DNA of 64,000 nt from Bacilli bacterium (GCA_041669265.1 JBAYBM010000005.1:1444-65443), one strand, 5' to 3'; positions 47,519 to 58,050 are shown, numbered from the stretch's first letter. The notes: generated by a model not told the origin, from the letters alone. A program made the numbers and translations.

Positions 47519-49387
47519 ATGATTGTTTACCACAAAAGTAAAAGTGAATTTGATAATGATGTTATGAATAATGCAATTGCTGATCAAGTAAAAGAAGAAC
47601 TAGCAAGACATGGATATAATGATAATAATCAAAGAGAATTCAATTCATGGCAAAATAGTTTAACATTCATGAAAATTGCTCTTGAAGATAAAGAAATACC
47701 TTTAGATTGTGATATTTCAATTGAATATCAAATTCCACAAACTTCAAAAAGAGTTGATTTTATAATTACAGGAGCAGATAAAAATAATATTGATAATGTT
47801 GTAATTGTAGAATTAAAACAATGGCAAAAAGCCACTAAAATAGATGACATACAAGAACATAGTGTAATGACTCAAGTTGGAGGAGGTCTTCGAAGCGAAG
47901 CCCATCCTTCTTACCAAGCTTATAGTTATGCAATGTTAATAAAAGGATATTCTCAAGTAGTAAATGATTTTGATATGAAAATAGCTCCTTGTGCTTATTT
48001 ACATAATTTTGATACTAAGAATGGAAATGTATTAAATGACCCAATATATAAAACATGGTATATAGAAGCTCCTTTCTTTACTAAAGAGCAAAGAAAACAA
48101 TTTACAGATTTTATAAAAGCTCATATTTATAAAAAAAGTAGTAATGGAGATTTACTATATAAAATTGAAGGTGGAAGAATACATCCTACTAAAGCATTAC
48201 AAGATTGCTTAGCTTCAATGTTAAAAGGAAACCAAGAATTTACCCTTATTGATGATCAAATTACTATTTATGATAAATGTGTTAAGGCAATGGTTGATAC
48301 TGATTACGATAAAGATAAAAGAGTAATTATCATTAAAGGTGGCCCAGGAACAGGTAAATCTGTAGTAGCAATAAACTTATTATGTAAACTATTAAAAAAA
48401 GGATACAACGCATGTTATGTTACTAAAAATAGCGCCCCTAGAAATTGTTATTTAAATTTATTAGGAAAAGATGATGAACTTAAGAAGGTGGCAATTAAAG
48501 GTTTATTTAAGTCTCCTTTTGGTTTATCTAATTCTCCTCGTGATGCTTATGATTGTTTAATAGTAGATGAAGCACATAGATTAGTTAATAAAATGTATGG
48601 AGATTGGAATGGAGTTAATCAAATTAAAGAATGTATTGATTCTAGTAAATTAACTATATTTTTTATTGATGAAGATCAAAGAATAACAACTAAAGATATA
48701 GGAACAATAAAATCTATAAGAGATTGGGCACATGAATTAGGTGTTCATAATGAAAACATATATTTTGGAGATGAATACATATTAAAATCACAATTTAGAT
48801 GTAATGGAAGTGATGGATTTATTTCTTTTATTGATAATATTTTATATGGTAGAGAAACCGCAAATAATATATTTGATTTAGAAGATTTTGATTTTGAAAT
48901 ATTTAATGATCCTAATATGATGAGAGAAAAACTAAGAGAAAAAAATAATATAAATAATAAAGCTAGAATGGTAGCTGGATATTGTTTTGATTGGAATGTA
49001 AAAAATAAAAGAGGCGAATATGACATATATTTACCAAACGGATTCCAAGCAAAATGGAATTTATTAGGAGATAATATTTGGGCAATAAATAAAAAATCAT
49101 TCGAAGAAGTGGGTTGTATTCATACATGTCAAGGAATGGAATTTGATTATGTTGGAGTAATTATTGGTGATGATTTAATTTATAGAGATAATAAAGTAGA
49201 AACCAATAGAAATGCTATATCAAATGATGATAAATCAAGTGGAATTAAACACTCAAAAGATACCTATTTATCAGATACTCTAATTAGAAACACTTATAAA
49301 GTATTATTAACAAGAGGCCAAAAAGGTTGTTATGTTTATTGTAAAGACAAAGCATTAAGCGATTATTTAAAAACAAAAATTAGATAA
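47519..49387 (+). CDS. PD-(D/E)xK nuclease-like N-domain + DUF2075 / Schlafen-group-III-type P-loop helicase
   Basis: 622 aa. E68..D80(RVDFIITG)..E98-x-K100 (VIVELKQW). Walker A GGPGTGKS, Walker B LIVDEAHR, and late helicase motifs HTCQGMEFDYVGVIIGDDL and LLTRGQKGCYVY. Confidence 0.75.
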   Translation: MIVYHKSKSEFDNDVMNNAIADQVKEELARHGYNDNNQREFNSWQNSLTFMKIALEDKEIPLDCDISIEYQIPQTSKRVDFIITGADKNNIDNVVIVELKQWQKATKIDDIQEHSVMTQVGGGLRSEAHPSYQAYSYAMLIKGYSQVVNDFDMKIAPCAYLHNFDTKNGNVLNDPIYKTWYIEAPFFTKEQRKQFTDFIKAHIYKKSSNGDLLYKIEGGRIHPTKALQDCLASMLKGNQEFTLIDDQITIYDKCVKAMVDTDYDKDKRVIIIKGGPGTGKSVVAINLLCKLLKKGYNACYVTKNSAPRNCYLNLLGKDDELKKVAIKGLFKSPFGLSNSPRDAYDCLIVDEAHRLVNKMYGDWNGVNQIKECIDSSKLTIFFIDEDQRITTKDIGTIKSIRDWAHELGVHNENIYFGDEYILKSQFRCNGSDGFISFIDNILYGRETANNIFDLEDFDFEIFNDPNMMREKLREKNNINNKARMVAGYCFDWNVKNKRGEYDIYLPNGFQAKWNLLGDNIWAINKKSFEEVGCIHTCQGMEFDYVGVIIGDDLIYRDNKVETNRNAISNDDKSSGIKHSKDTYLSDTLIRNTYKVLLTRGQKGCYVYCKDKALSDYLKTKIR

Positions 49388-49652
49388 GTTGATCACTAGG
49401 AATACATAAAGTTAATATTCCACCAACTAAACCACAAAAAATCATAGTACATATCCCACAAGCAATTTTATGACCATTATTAATACTATGTTGACGCCAT
49501 AATAAAATACCTAAATCTATTAAAGTATACACAATAGGAATAATTACTAAATATGCCATATCTGTTTCTATATAACCTAAAACATTAGAAAAACTTAAAA
49601 AAGCAGTTAGTACACCACCAATCCAAGAAAATACTGTAGAACTAGTTTTCAT
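49380..49652 (-). CDS. small membrane protein (3 TM), hypothetical
   Basis: 90-aa hydrophobic ORF. Its 3' end overlaps the convergent DUF2075 gene by 8 nt. Confidence 0.4.
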   Translation of the reverse strand: MKTSSTVFSWIGGVLTAFLSFSNVLGYIETDMAYLVIIPIVYTLIDLGILLWRQHSINNGHKIACGICTMIFCGLVGGILTLCIPSDQLI

Positions 49653-49768
49653 AACTAAAACCTCGAAATGATTGTATTCTTGTATTTTAAGATGTTAACA
49701 GTATAAAAACCAGTACATTTAGCGTCTGAAAATAAATCCATACGGTATTTGATATACTTTTCCAAAAG

Positions 49769-49804
49769 AAAAGCCATTCTTTTAGGGTAGAGAGAATGGC
49801 TTTT
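49769..49804 (-). terminator. terminator of the beta-helix lipoprotein gene
   Basis: 12-bp stem AAAAGCCATTCT / AGAATGGCTTTT with a 12-nt loop, then CTTTTGG on the minus strand. Confidence 0.7.
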
Positions 49805-49832
49805 ATAGAGGGGGGGTAATTTTAAAATTTAA

Positions 49833-51764
49833 TTAAGGCCTATTACCACCAGGTTGACCTCCGCCAACTCCAGGGTTACCTTGATTACCAGTTGTAATAT
49901 CACTAGTAACAACACTACTTTGTGTAAAGGAAGTAGTTTTAGTATCATCTACATAAACATCATACGTACTATTAAGTGTTAATGCACTTGAAGAAATAAT
50001 CATACATTTAATTTGTTTTTGTGGGGTATACGTAAAGACTGTTTCACTTGTAGAACTATCTTTTACTACAATTTTTGAATTAGCACTTGCAGTTAAACTA
50101 ATACCAGCAACATTTTGTGTACTACTTGTAGTAGGAAGCTCAATCATACCATTACTTCCTCCAGCAATAATAGTTCCGCCATTTACCATAATTTCACCAT
50201 TTGAATCAAGAGCACTATCTCCATCACTTGTAGGTCCATCAACAACAACAGTTCCTGAATTGAATTCAATTGATCCATTGCTATCTAAACCATCACAAGC
50301 ACTATTAACGTATACTGTAGATCCATTAAAGTACATTTGGCATTCTTCATGATATTGAGCTTTTTCTGCTTCAGTTTCATCGTTTCTAGAAGAAGCATTC
50401 ATTCCATCATCACTTGCAACAATAGAAATATCGCCTCCAGTTAAATTAATTTCTTCTGCCTCTAAACCTTCAGTACAAGCTTTAATATCAACATTACCTG
50501 CAGCAACTTCAAGTTTAATATCAGCTTGAATTCCATCATCTCCTGCATAGACTTCCATATTTCCACCATCAACAAATGTTAAATTATTACAATTTACTCC
50601 ATCATCTGCAGTATTAAGTTTAATATCTCCACTTAATACATATAAACCCATATCAGCTTTAAATCCTTTAGCACTAATTTCATCATCAGTATCTTTTAAA
50701 GCATCTACTACGCTACCATTTGTATATCCATCATAAGTAGTAACATCAATATTAGCATTATCTACTACAATATAATTGAAAGCAGATATACCATCAAATT
50801 CACTAACAATATTTAAATCTATGGCACCTATATAAAGATTATAGTTCGCCATAGTTTCACTACGAGAGATATAACCCATATCATCATCACCTACACTAGT
50901 AGTATCATCAAATTCATAATACTTTAATAGGTCTGCTTGATCTGGTTCATCAGTTTTAACACCATCTCCATTAGTGGTTGTAACATTAAATGTTCCACCA
51001 ATAAAGAATAAATTCTTATTACCTTTAATTCCATTGTCATAGGAATTTACATTATATATGCCATCTAAAAACTTTAATACTCCATTACTACCCTTGGTTT
51101 TAATACCTTCATGATAATAACTTTTAACATTTAATATACCTGTACCATTAAAAGTTAAAGCACGTTTAGCAAAGATTGTAGCTTCATTTTCATATTCGCC
51201 ATTATCTTTTAAGCCACTCGTATAAGTTTCTAAATTAGCATCAATTAACTCGTTAGTGGTATCTTCTACAAGAGTGATTACGCTCAAAGCATCACTTTTT
51301 GCGAAGATTAAGGGGTCTCCACTATTTGAGTTAATTGATACACCATTTAAATATAGATGAACATCAACGTTTTTATTAACTAGAAGATATCCATCTGTAA
51401 GAGTTCCACTAACAACATAATTTCCACTTGTTGTAATAGTAATTACGTTATCAACAACTGTAAAACCATCACCTTCTAAAGTATTATCTTGAACTAAACT
51501 AATACTAATAGCATCGCTTGGAATAGCTACTGTAGTTTCTTCAGTAGTATTTGTGTATGCTACATTAGTAATAGCATTTTCTTTTATATCATCATATACA
51601 CTAGCATCAGGGATAGTAGTATCACTGTCTCCTCCAGTGTCTCCAGTATCATCACCACCAGGATTAGTAGTTGATCCAGTATCTGTGTCGGTAGTTGTAT
51701 TTCCACAACTTGCTAATAAACTAGCAGCACATAATATAGGAAATAATATTCTAAGTTTTTTCAT
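49833..51764 (-). CDS. secreted lipoprotein with parallel-beta-helix-like repeats (DUF4353 / 'carbohydrate-binding domain' type)
   Basis: Lipobox LASC. T/D/G-rich linker, recurring DG(I/V)(K/N/Q/S) turn motifs across ~450 aa, and a G/N/P-rich C-terminal tail. Confidence 0.6.
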   Translation of the reverse strand: MKKLRILFPILCAASLLASCGNTTTDTDTGSTTNPGGDDTGDTGGDSDTTIPDASVYDDIKENAITNVAYTNTTEETTVAIPSDAISISLVQDNTLEGDGFTVVDNVITITTSGNYVVSGTLTDGYLLVNKNVDVHLYLNGVSINSNSGDPLIFAKSDALSVITLVEDTTNELIDANLETYTSGLKDNGEYENEATIFAKRALTFNGTGILNVKSYYHEGIKTKGSNGVLKFLDGIYNVNSYDNGIKGNKNLFFIGGTFNVTTTNGDGVKTDEPDQADLLKYYEFDDTTSVGDDDMGYISRSETMANYNLYIGAIDLNIVSEFDGISAFNYIVVDNANIDVTTYDGYTNGSVVDALKDTDDEISAKGFKADMGLYVLSGDIKLNTADDGVNCNNLTFVDGGNMEVYAGDDGIQADIKLEVAAGNVDIKACTEGLEAEEINLTGGDISIVASDDGMNASSRNDETEAEKAQYHEECQMYFNGSTVYVNSACDGLDSNGSIEFNSGTVVVDGPTSDGDSALDSNGEIMVNGGTIIAGGSNGMIELPTTSSTQNVAGISLTASANSKIVVKDSSTSETVFTYTPQKQIKCMIISSSALTLNSTYDVYVDDTKTTSFTQSSVVTSDITTGNQGNPGVGGGQPGGNRP

Positions 51765-51870
51765 ATTTTTTCTCCTCCTACAACTATATCTTATTAGATG
51801 AAACTTAAAGAAGCCTTGAAAAAAGGTAAAAATATTAGGACTTTTACAAAAAACTATCTAGAATAGAGTT

Positions 51871-52545
51871 ATGAAAGTATTAATTATAGAGGATAAAATC
51901 CTTCTTACAGATGCCATTAACGAATATTTAACTAATAAAAAAATATTAGTAAAAGTATGTAATAATGGCTTAAAAGGGTATGAAGAAGCCCTTAATAATA
52001 TTTATGATGTAATAGTTTTAGATATTATGCTTCCTGGAAAAAATGGTTTAGATATCTTAAAAGATTTAAGAAGTAATAATATTAATACTCCTATATTAAT
52101 GTTAAGTGCTTTAAGTGAAGTAAGTGATAAAGTTAAAGGATTAACACTAGGAGCAGATGATTATTTAGCAAAACCATTTGCAATGGATGAATTACTTGCA
52201 AGATTAAAAGTATTAACTAGAAGAAAAGGTGAAATATTAGATAATGAACTTAAAGTTGGTGATTTAACTTTAAATAAAGATACTCATGAATTACATAAAG
52301 ATAGTGAAACTATATTATTAGGTTATAAAGAATATGAAATATTCTCTTTATTAATGGAAAAATATCCAAATCAAATTAATAAAGACTATTTATTAGATAA
52401 AGTATTGGGATATGATAATGATTCTTTATATAATAGTGTTGAAGTATATATATCCTTTTTAAGACGTAAATTAAAAGCTTTAAAAAGTAATGTATCTATA
52501 AAATCCATACGTAGTTTGGGGTACTTATTAGAAGTAGAAAAGTAA
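51871..52545 (+). CDS. OmpR-family response regulator
   Basis: Receiver domain (IIEDK, VLDIMLPG, AKPF) plus a winged helix (SIRSLGYLLE). Confidence 0.9.
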   Translation: MKVLIIEDKILLTDAINEYLTNKKILVKVCNNGLKGYEEALNNIYDVIVLDIMLPGKNGLDILKDLRSNNINTPILMLSALSEVSDKVKGLTLGADDYLAKPFAMDELLARLKVLTRRKGEILDNELKVGDLTLNKDTHELHKDSETILLGYKEYEIFSLLMEKYPNQINKDYLLDKVLGYDNDSLYNSVEVYISFLRRKLKALKSNVSIKSIRSLGYLLEVEK

Positions 52546-52551
52546 AAATAT

Positions 52552-53763
52552 ATGAAAAAAGAAATAACAAAAGATGAAAAGATGTTTAAAAAAACCAGAA
52601 CAAAATTTATTGCTCTAGTTATGTCCATTATTGGATTAATTTTTGTTGCTTCTGATTCTTCTATTATTATTTATCAATATATAAACGAAAATAGCGAAAC
52701 TGAACGTAGTTTAACTATGGCTTTAAAAGATTTAAATGGAAATCACGATAGTAACATGAATCCAAATAATCCAATGGAAAACTTTAGAACATTTGCTATT
52801 AAAGTTAAAGAAGATAAAACATATGTCTTTGCTAATGGAGAAAACGCATATTCAAATTTTGTTGCTACTAATATTGGAACATTTTTAACTAATAAAAATG
52901 GAAATATTAGTTATGTATATTATGAAACATCTAATAGTACCGACGTTAATTACGATTATTTTATAGTAGGTACTGATAGATCAATTGAAAGAAGTACATT
53001 ACTTACTAATTCCTTAACAATGTCTGGCGCATTTCTTATTTCTTTTATTATTTTATTTATTGTAGTCACTTTGTTTTCTAAACAAATATTAAAACCTATA
53101 AAAGAGTCTATTAAAAAACAAAAAGAATTTGTTGCTGATGCATCTCATGAACTTAAAACACCTTTAACTATTATTGATGCTAATGCTTCAATCTTAAAAG
53201 AAAATAATACTGATAATAAATGGGTAAATAATATATTAAATGAAACTAAAAATATGAACAATATCATTTTAGATATGATTAGTTTAGTAAGTACAGAAGA
53301 AATAAATACCACTCTTTTACCTATTGATTTATCTACTCTTGTTAACAACATTGCCCTTTCTTTTGATGCAATATGTTATGAAAAAAGTATCGAATATAAA
53401 CTAAATATAAATGAAAATATAAATATAAATGGAAATCAAAAAGATGTAGAAAAAATAGTAAGAATATTATTAGATAACGCAATAAAATATGTATCTAATA
53501 AAGGAATTATTGATGTATCTTTAGCAAAGATAAAAAATAACATTTATTTTGCTGTTTATAATTCTGGATGCACTATTAAAAATGAAAATAGAGAAAAAAT
53601 ATTTGATAGATTTTATAGAGATGATGAATCTAGAGATACTACTGTTGCAAAAGGAAGTGGCTTAGGTTTAGCAATATTAAAAGAAATATCTGATAAATAT
53701 AATTATAAAATTGTTGTAGAAAGTGAAGAAAACGTCTTCTTTAAAATATCTATAAAATTCTAA
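52552..53763 (+). CDS. sensor histidine kinase (HisKA/HATPase)
   Basis: 2 TM, H-box FVADASHELKTPLT, N-box LLDNAIKY and G-box GSGLGLAI. Confidence 0.85.
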   Translation: MKKEITKDEKMFKKTRTKFIALVMSIIGLIFVASDSSIIIYQYINENSETERSLTMALKDLNGNHDSNMNPNNPMENFRTFAIKVKEDKTYVFANGENAYSNFVATNIGTFLTNKNGNISYVYYETSNSTDVNYDYFIVGTDRSIERSTLLTNSLTMSGAFLISFIILFIVVTLFSKQILKPIKESIKKQKEFVADASHELKTPLTIIDANASILKENNTDNKWVNNILNETKNMNNIILDMISLVSTEEINTTLLPIDLSTLVNNIALSFDAICYEKSIEYKLNINENININGNQKDVEKIVRILLDNAIKYVSNKGIIDVSLAKIKNNIYFAVYNSGCTIKNENREKIFDRFYRDDESRDTTVAKGSGLGLAILKEISDKYNYKIVVESEENVFFKISIKF

Positions 53764-54747
53764 TTAATGACGATGTCTTCTTTCAATAAAGAATAGTATT
53801 ACTGCTGCAATAAGTGATAATCCTGCAGAGATAGCAAGAATAACATAAAATGCATTATTATTGTCTGCTAAAGGTATATCTTTTACGTTCATTCCATAAA
53901 AAGAAGCTACTAGAGTAGGAACAGATAAAACTATTGTAACGATAGCTAAAATTTTCATTACTATATTTAAGTTATTAGAAATAATAGAAGCAAAAGCATC
54001 CATCATACCTGATAAAATATCTCGATAAATATTACACATTTCAATAGCTTGGTTTAATTCAACTTGTACATCTTCCATCAAATCATAATCATCAGAAAAT
54101 TGTTTAAAATCAGGAGTTTTCATTAATCTTTCAAGGACAGCTTTATCAGCAGATAAAGCAGTAGAAAAATAAACTAACATTTTATTTAAAGCCATTAAGT
54201 CAAATAGCTCTTTATTTTTCATTGAAGAATGTAATTTTGCTTCTACATCTTTTGATTCAGCATCAATTTTCTTTAAATAAGAGATAAATTCTTGAGCTAA
54301 AGCATATAAAAATAAAAGAGTAGTTCTAACATGTTTATGTGGTTCACATACTTTTGTTTTTTGTAAAAAAGCATCTACTAGACCTGTGTCTTTTTTACTA
54401 ATAGTTACGATATATGAAGAATTATAAATAATTAAAAATGGTATGGTTGTAAATGATTTTCTAAAATTAGATTTAGTTTTACTATCAAGATCTTTCTCGC
54501 AAGGTACATCTAAAACTATAAGTGAATCATCACCAGATTTATCAATACGAGCAGATTCTTCACTATCTAAAGAAGTCAATAAAAATGGCAAATTAATCTT
54601 TGTTTTCTTTGCAACTTTTTTTAGCAAGTTTGCATTTGGAGCAGTTATACTAATCCACATGCTAGGTTTAATTGCTGGTAAAGTTCCTTCATTATCAGTT
54701 TTTTTAGAAACTAACTTGCCTTTGCTTTCCATATAAACATTAATCAT
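53764..54747 (-). CDS. corA: CorA-family magnesium/cobalt transporter
   Basis: 327 aa with two C-terminal TM helices and the YGMNV signature. AGGAGG lies 6 nt upstream of the ATG at 54747. Confidence 0.85.
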   Translation of the reverse strand: MINVYMESKGKLVSKKTDNEGTLPAIKPSMWISITAPNANLLKKVAKKTKINLPFLLTSLDSEESARIDKSGDDSLIVLDVPCEKDLDSKTKSNFRKSFTTIPFLIIYNSSYIVTISKKDTGLVDAFLQKTKVCEPHKHVRTTLLFLYALAQEFISYLKKIDAESKDVEAKLHSSMKNKELFDLMALNKMLVYFSTALSADKAVLERLMKTPDFKQFSDDYDLMEDVQVELNQAIEMCNIYRDILSGMMDAFASIISNNLNIVMKILAIVTIVLSVPTLVASFYGMNVKDIPLADNNNAFYVILAISAGLSLIAAVILFFIERRHRH

Positions 54748-54982
54748 AAGTTACCTCCTCTTATTTTTTAAAATATAAAATCCAATTAATATATTTATTT
54801 TATTAAATCCGAGGCTTATTTGATAGTCTTTTTTAAATTCATGTCGTAAATGATATAGTAATTTGGAAATTTATAAAACGATAAAATATTTTATACAATT
54901 TAAATAAGGAATGTATATCTTTGGAAACTATTACTTGCTATTTTCGTTTCCTATTATTACACTATTGCTGAGGTAATAGGTT

Positions 54983-55498
54983 ATGGATATGATTAAAGAA
55001 AAAGAAATGTATGAAGAGGCTTTAAATCAAGTCATAAACCATGGAATTAAATTCACAGTTGATGATTTATGTAAAAAAATTAAAATTTCTAAAAAAACTT
55101 TCTACAAAATGTTCCCCTCTAAAGGTGATTTTGCAAAATGGATTTATGAAAATGCTTTTAAAGATTTCGACAAAAACTTAAAAAATTGTAATAAAAGTTC
55201 AAAACAAAATAAGTTAGAAATAGAAAATTTATTTACCTCTTATTGTGTTTTATTATCAATTACAAAAGAACACACCTTTAATCTTTATTCTTTAAATGAA
55301 CAAATAAAAGACTTTGCCTTAAAAAATAAAGCAATAAAACAAAAAGAGTTTTTCAATTTCCTAAAAACATCAAAAATTAACAAATACATGGAAAACGAAA
55401 TGTTCTTATATACTATCAAAGCCTCGTTAAATGAGATTACATTAACTAAAAATACTCTATTCTTAAAAAAATATATATCTTTCATTGAAGGACTATAA
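54983..55498 (+). CDS. TetR-family transcriptional regulator
   Basis: N-terminal HTH (FTVDDLCKKIKISKKTFYKMFPSKGDF). It lies 2 nt upstream of the antiporter gene. Confidence 0.7.
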   Translation: MDMIKEKEMYEEALNQVINHGIKFTVDDLCKKIKISKKTFYKMFPSKGDFAKWIYENAFKDFDKNLKNCNKSSKQNKLEIENLFTSYCVLLSITKEHTFNLYSLNEQIKDFALKNKAIKQKEFFNFLKTSKINKYMENEMFLYTIKASLNEITLTKNTLFLKKYISFIEGL

Positions 55499-55500
55499 AT

Positions 55501-56724
55501 ATGATTAATGACATTATTGGTTTTATAGCAATTTTAGCAACCGCTTATGTGTTTGGGAAAATAATAAGTAAAATCAAATTACCAGCAATATTAGGTTGGT
55601 TAATTATTGGTATTATTTTTGGGCCTTATCTTGGCGAATTAGTATCTTTGGATTTTATAAATAATAAATATTATAAAATCTTTATACATGCATTTGAATG
55701 TTTTGCTGGCGTAATGATTGGAAATGAAATTAATTTTCAAAAACTTAAAAGTAGTGGCAAATCATTAATTATCACTACACTATTCCAATCTCTTGGAACA
55801 TTCATTGTTGTCAGTTGTTTCTTTTTAGTTACTTTTTTAATAGCTGGCAAGCCATTATATTTGGCATTCATTTTTGGTGGAATTGCTCTTGCTACCGCTC
55901 CAGCTCCTGCTTTGTCAATTGTAAAACAATATAAAACTGATGGACCAGTTACACGAACCCTTATTCCAATGGCTGCATTAGATGATATAGTTGGCGTAAT
56001 TGTTTTCTTTACTGTTATCTCTATTGTCAGCATTTATCTTGGTTCTGGAAGTATTGCATGGTGGGAAATAATACTTATGGTTTTATTACCATTTGTTATT
56101 GGTATCTTTACAGGCTTAATGTGCTCTTTATTGACAAAATTATCTAAGAACAAAATTGTAAATTTATTAATTATGATTTTATTTTTATTAATTTCTGTTG
56201 CTATTGGAGTATTATGCGATAAATTTATTTTTGGAAGCTCAACTCTAAATTATTTGTTAATTGGCATGGCATTTGCTGCTACAATTACAAATTTAATACC
56301 AAAAGAAAAATATGAAGAAACTTCAAAATGTTTTGATCCTATATTGTCATTATCATTAATAATTGTCATAGTTAATTTAGGAATGCCACTCAACTACAAA
56401 GATGTTGCGGGAGCAGGATTATTTACATTTATTTATATTTTAAGTAGAGCATTAGGAAAAATTGGTGGTGCATTTCTTGGTTCGCATATTTGTAAATCAG
56501 ATAAAAATATACAGAAATATTTAGGTCTTACACTATTACCTCATTCTGGGGTTTCTTTAGTTTTTACTGGGATTGCAGTAAATACTATATCTTCTGTTGA
56601 TCCAACTTCTGCTACCATTATTCAAGGAACTATCGTTGCAGCAGCTATAATTAACGAAATTATTGCGGTTATTTTAGCTAAAGTTGCATTTGCAAAAGCT
56701 GGCGAACTTAATAAAGTCCCATAA
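55501..56724 (+). CDS. cation:proton antiporter (Na+/H+ exchanger family)
   Basis: 407 aa, about 11-12 TM, with Na_H_Exchanger-like motifs (ATAPA, AALDDIVGV). Confidence 0.8.
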   Translation: MINDIIGFIAILATAYVFGKIISKIKLPAILGWLIIGIIFGPYLGELVSLDFINNKYYKIFIHAFECFAGVMIGNEINFQKLKSSGKSLIITTLFQSLGTFIVVSCFFLVTFLIAGKPLYLAFIFGGIALATAPAPALSIVKQYKTDGPVTRTLIPMAALDDIVGVIVFFTVISIVSIYLGSGSIAWWEIILMVLLPFVIGIFTGLMCSLLTKLSKNKIVNLLIMILFLLISVAIGVLCDKFIFGSSTLNYLLIGMAFAATITNLIPKEKYEETSKCFDPILSLSLIIVIVNLGMPLNYKDVAGAGLFTFIYILSRALGKIGGAFLGSHICKSDKNIQKYLGLTLLPHSGVSLVFTGIAVNTISSVDPTSATIIQGTIVAAAIINEIIAVILAKVAFAKAGELNKVP

Positions 56725-56811
56725 TAACATAAATATTTACTTAAACATAATTGACTTTTCGTGTTAAAATGTAAAACGTTGTAGGATAAATTATTATCCA
56801 GAAAAGTTACT

Positions 56812-57927
56812 ATGAAAATAAATAACATATTACATTATGGTTTAACTAAAGAAGAGTTCGATAAATGCGGCTCAAGAAACGAAGAATATTGTTTTAAAAA
56901 CAATAAAGTTTTTTCTATTGTAAGCGTTGTTACAATGCTTATTTTATTTATAGTTTCTTTATTCTTTGAAGAACTTGCAAAATTTAGATATGTTTATTTA
57001 TCATTTTTTATAGCATTTATTATCATAACAATTATATCTTTCCTTATTAAAAAAGATAAACATCATATTGGATTAATTGGTGTATATATTATTTGTACTG
57101 TCTATTATGCTTTTGGAATTTTCTTAGCTATGCAATATACAGGACAAAAATCTACCATAATCCAATTAGAATTTGTTTTGCTTCCACTGTTATTTACAGA
57201 TAAACCAGTTAGAGTATTTATTTATATTTTAACTATGCTTGCTACATATATGACTACATTGTTCTTGTTTCAGGATAAATCAATTTTATTTGCAGAATGT
57301 TTTAATGCTGTTGCTTTAAGCTTATTATCGGTTTTTACTTCATATATTATTAGTAAAAACAGAATGAAAGGTTTCTTCGCAGAAATATCAAATAAAGAAA
57401 CTATTTCAGAATTAAAAGAAATTCAGAAAAAATTACTTTATTCCTCAGAGCGTGATTCCCTTACTGGATTATTAAATCGTGGAAAATTATTTGAAACTTT
57501 AACAAAAATTGATGAAGAATCTGCTCCTGCTCCAAAAGCCCTATTAATGATAGATGTTGATCATTTTAAATTAATAAATGATACATATGGCCATCCAGAA
57601 GGAGACCGTGTATTAGCAAATTTTTCAAGTGAGATGCTTAAATTAAAAAATAATGGAAATATAAATATATATCGTTATGGTGGTGATGAATTCATTATTC
57701 TTGCCTATAAATATAAAGATTCAGAATTAGAAGAATTAGCTAAAGATATTCATAAAGGAGCTAATAAGATCATTTTTGGTAAAGACAAAAACTTATCAGT
57801 TAGTATTGGAATTGCCCTTAATTCTGATATTGATAATAGAAACTATGAAAAATGGGTGGATAGAGCTGACAAAGCCGCTTATGAAGCAAAAAATAATGGC
57901 AAAAACCAAACAACATATAAAAACTAA
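56812..57927 (+). CDS. membrane-anchored diguanylate cyclase (GGDEF)
   Basis: About 5-6 N-terminal TM helices, then SERDSLTGLLNRG..DVDHFKLINDTYGHPEGD..RYGGDEF. No RxxD I-site is seen upstream of GGDEF. Confidence 0.85.
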   Translation: MKINNILHYGLTKEEFDKCGSRNEEYCFKNNKVFSIVSVVTMLILFIVSLFFEELAKFRYVYLSFFIAFIIITIISFLIKKDKHHIGLIGVYIICTVYYAFGIFLAMQYTGQKSTIIQLEFVLLPLLFTDKPVRVFIYILTMLATYMTTLFLFQDKSILFAECFNAVALSLLSVFTSYIISKNRMKGFFAEISNKETISELKEIQKKLLYSSERDSLTGLLNRGKLFETLTKIDEESAPAPKALLMIDVDHFKLINDTYGHPEGDRVLANFSSEMLKLKNNGNINIYRYGGDEFIILAYKYKDSELEELAKDIHKGANKIIFGKDKNLSVSIGIALNSDIDNRNYEKWVDRADKAAYEAKNNGKNQTTYKN

Positions 57928-58050
57928 AAGAATAGATTGATACCACTTTTTTCTTTAAAATTTTCATAAAAATACATATACTATTTATATAAGTTAATAT
58001 AAAAGTGAATTAATATAATATATTTTTTGTTATTAAAAAGGGTAATATTT

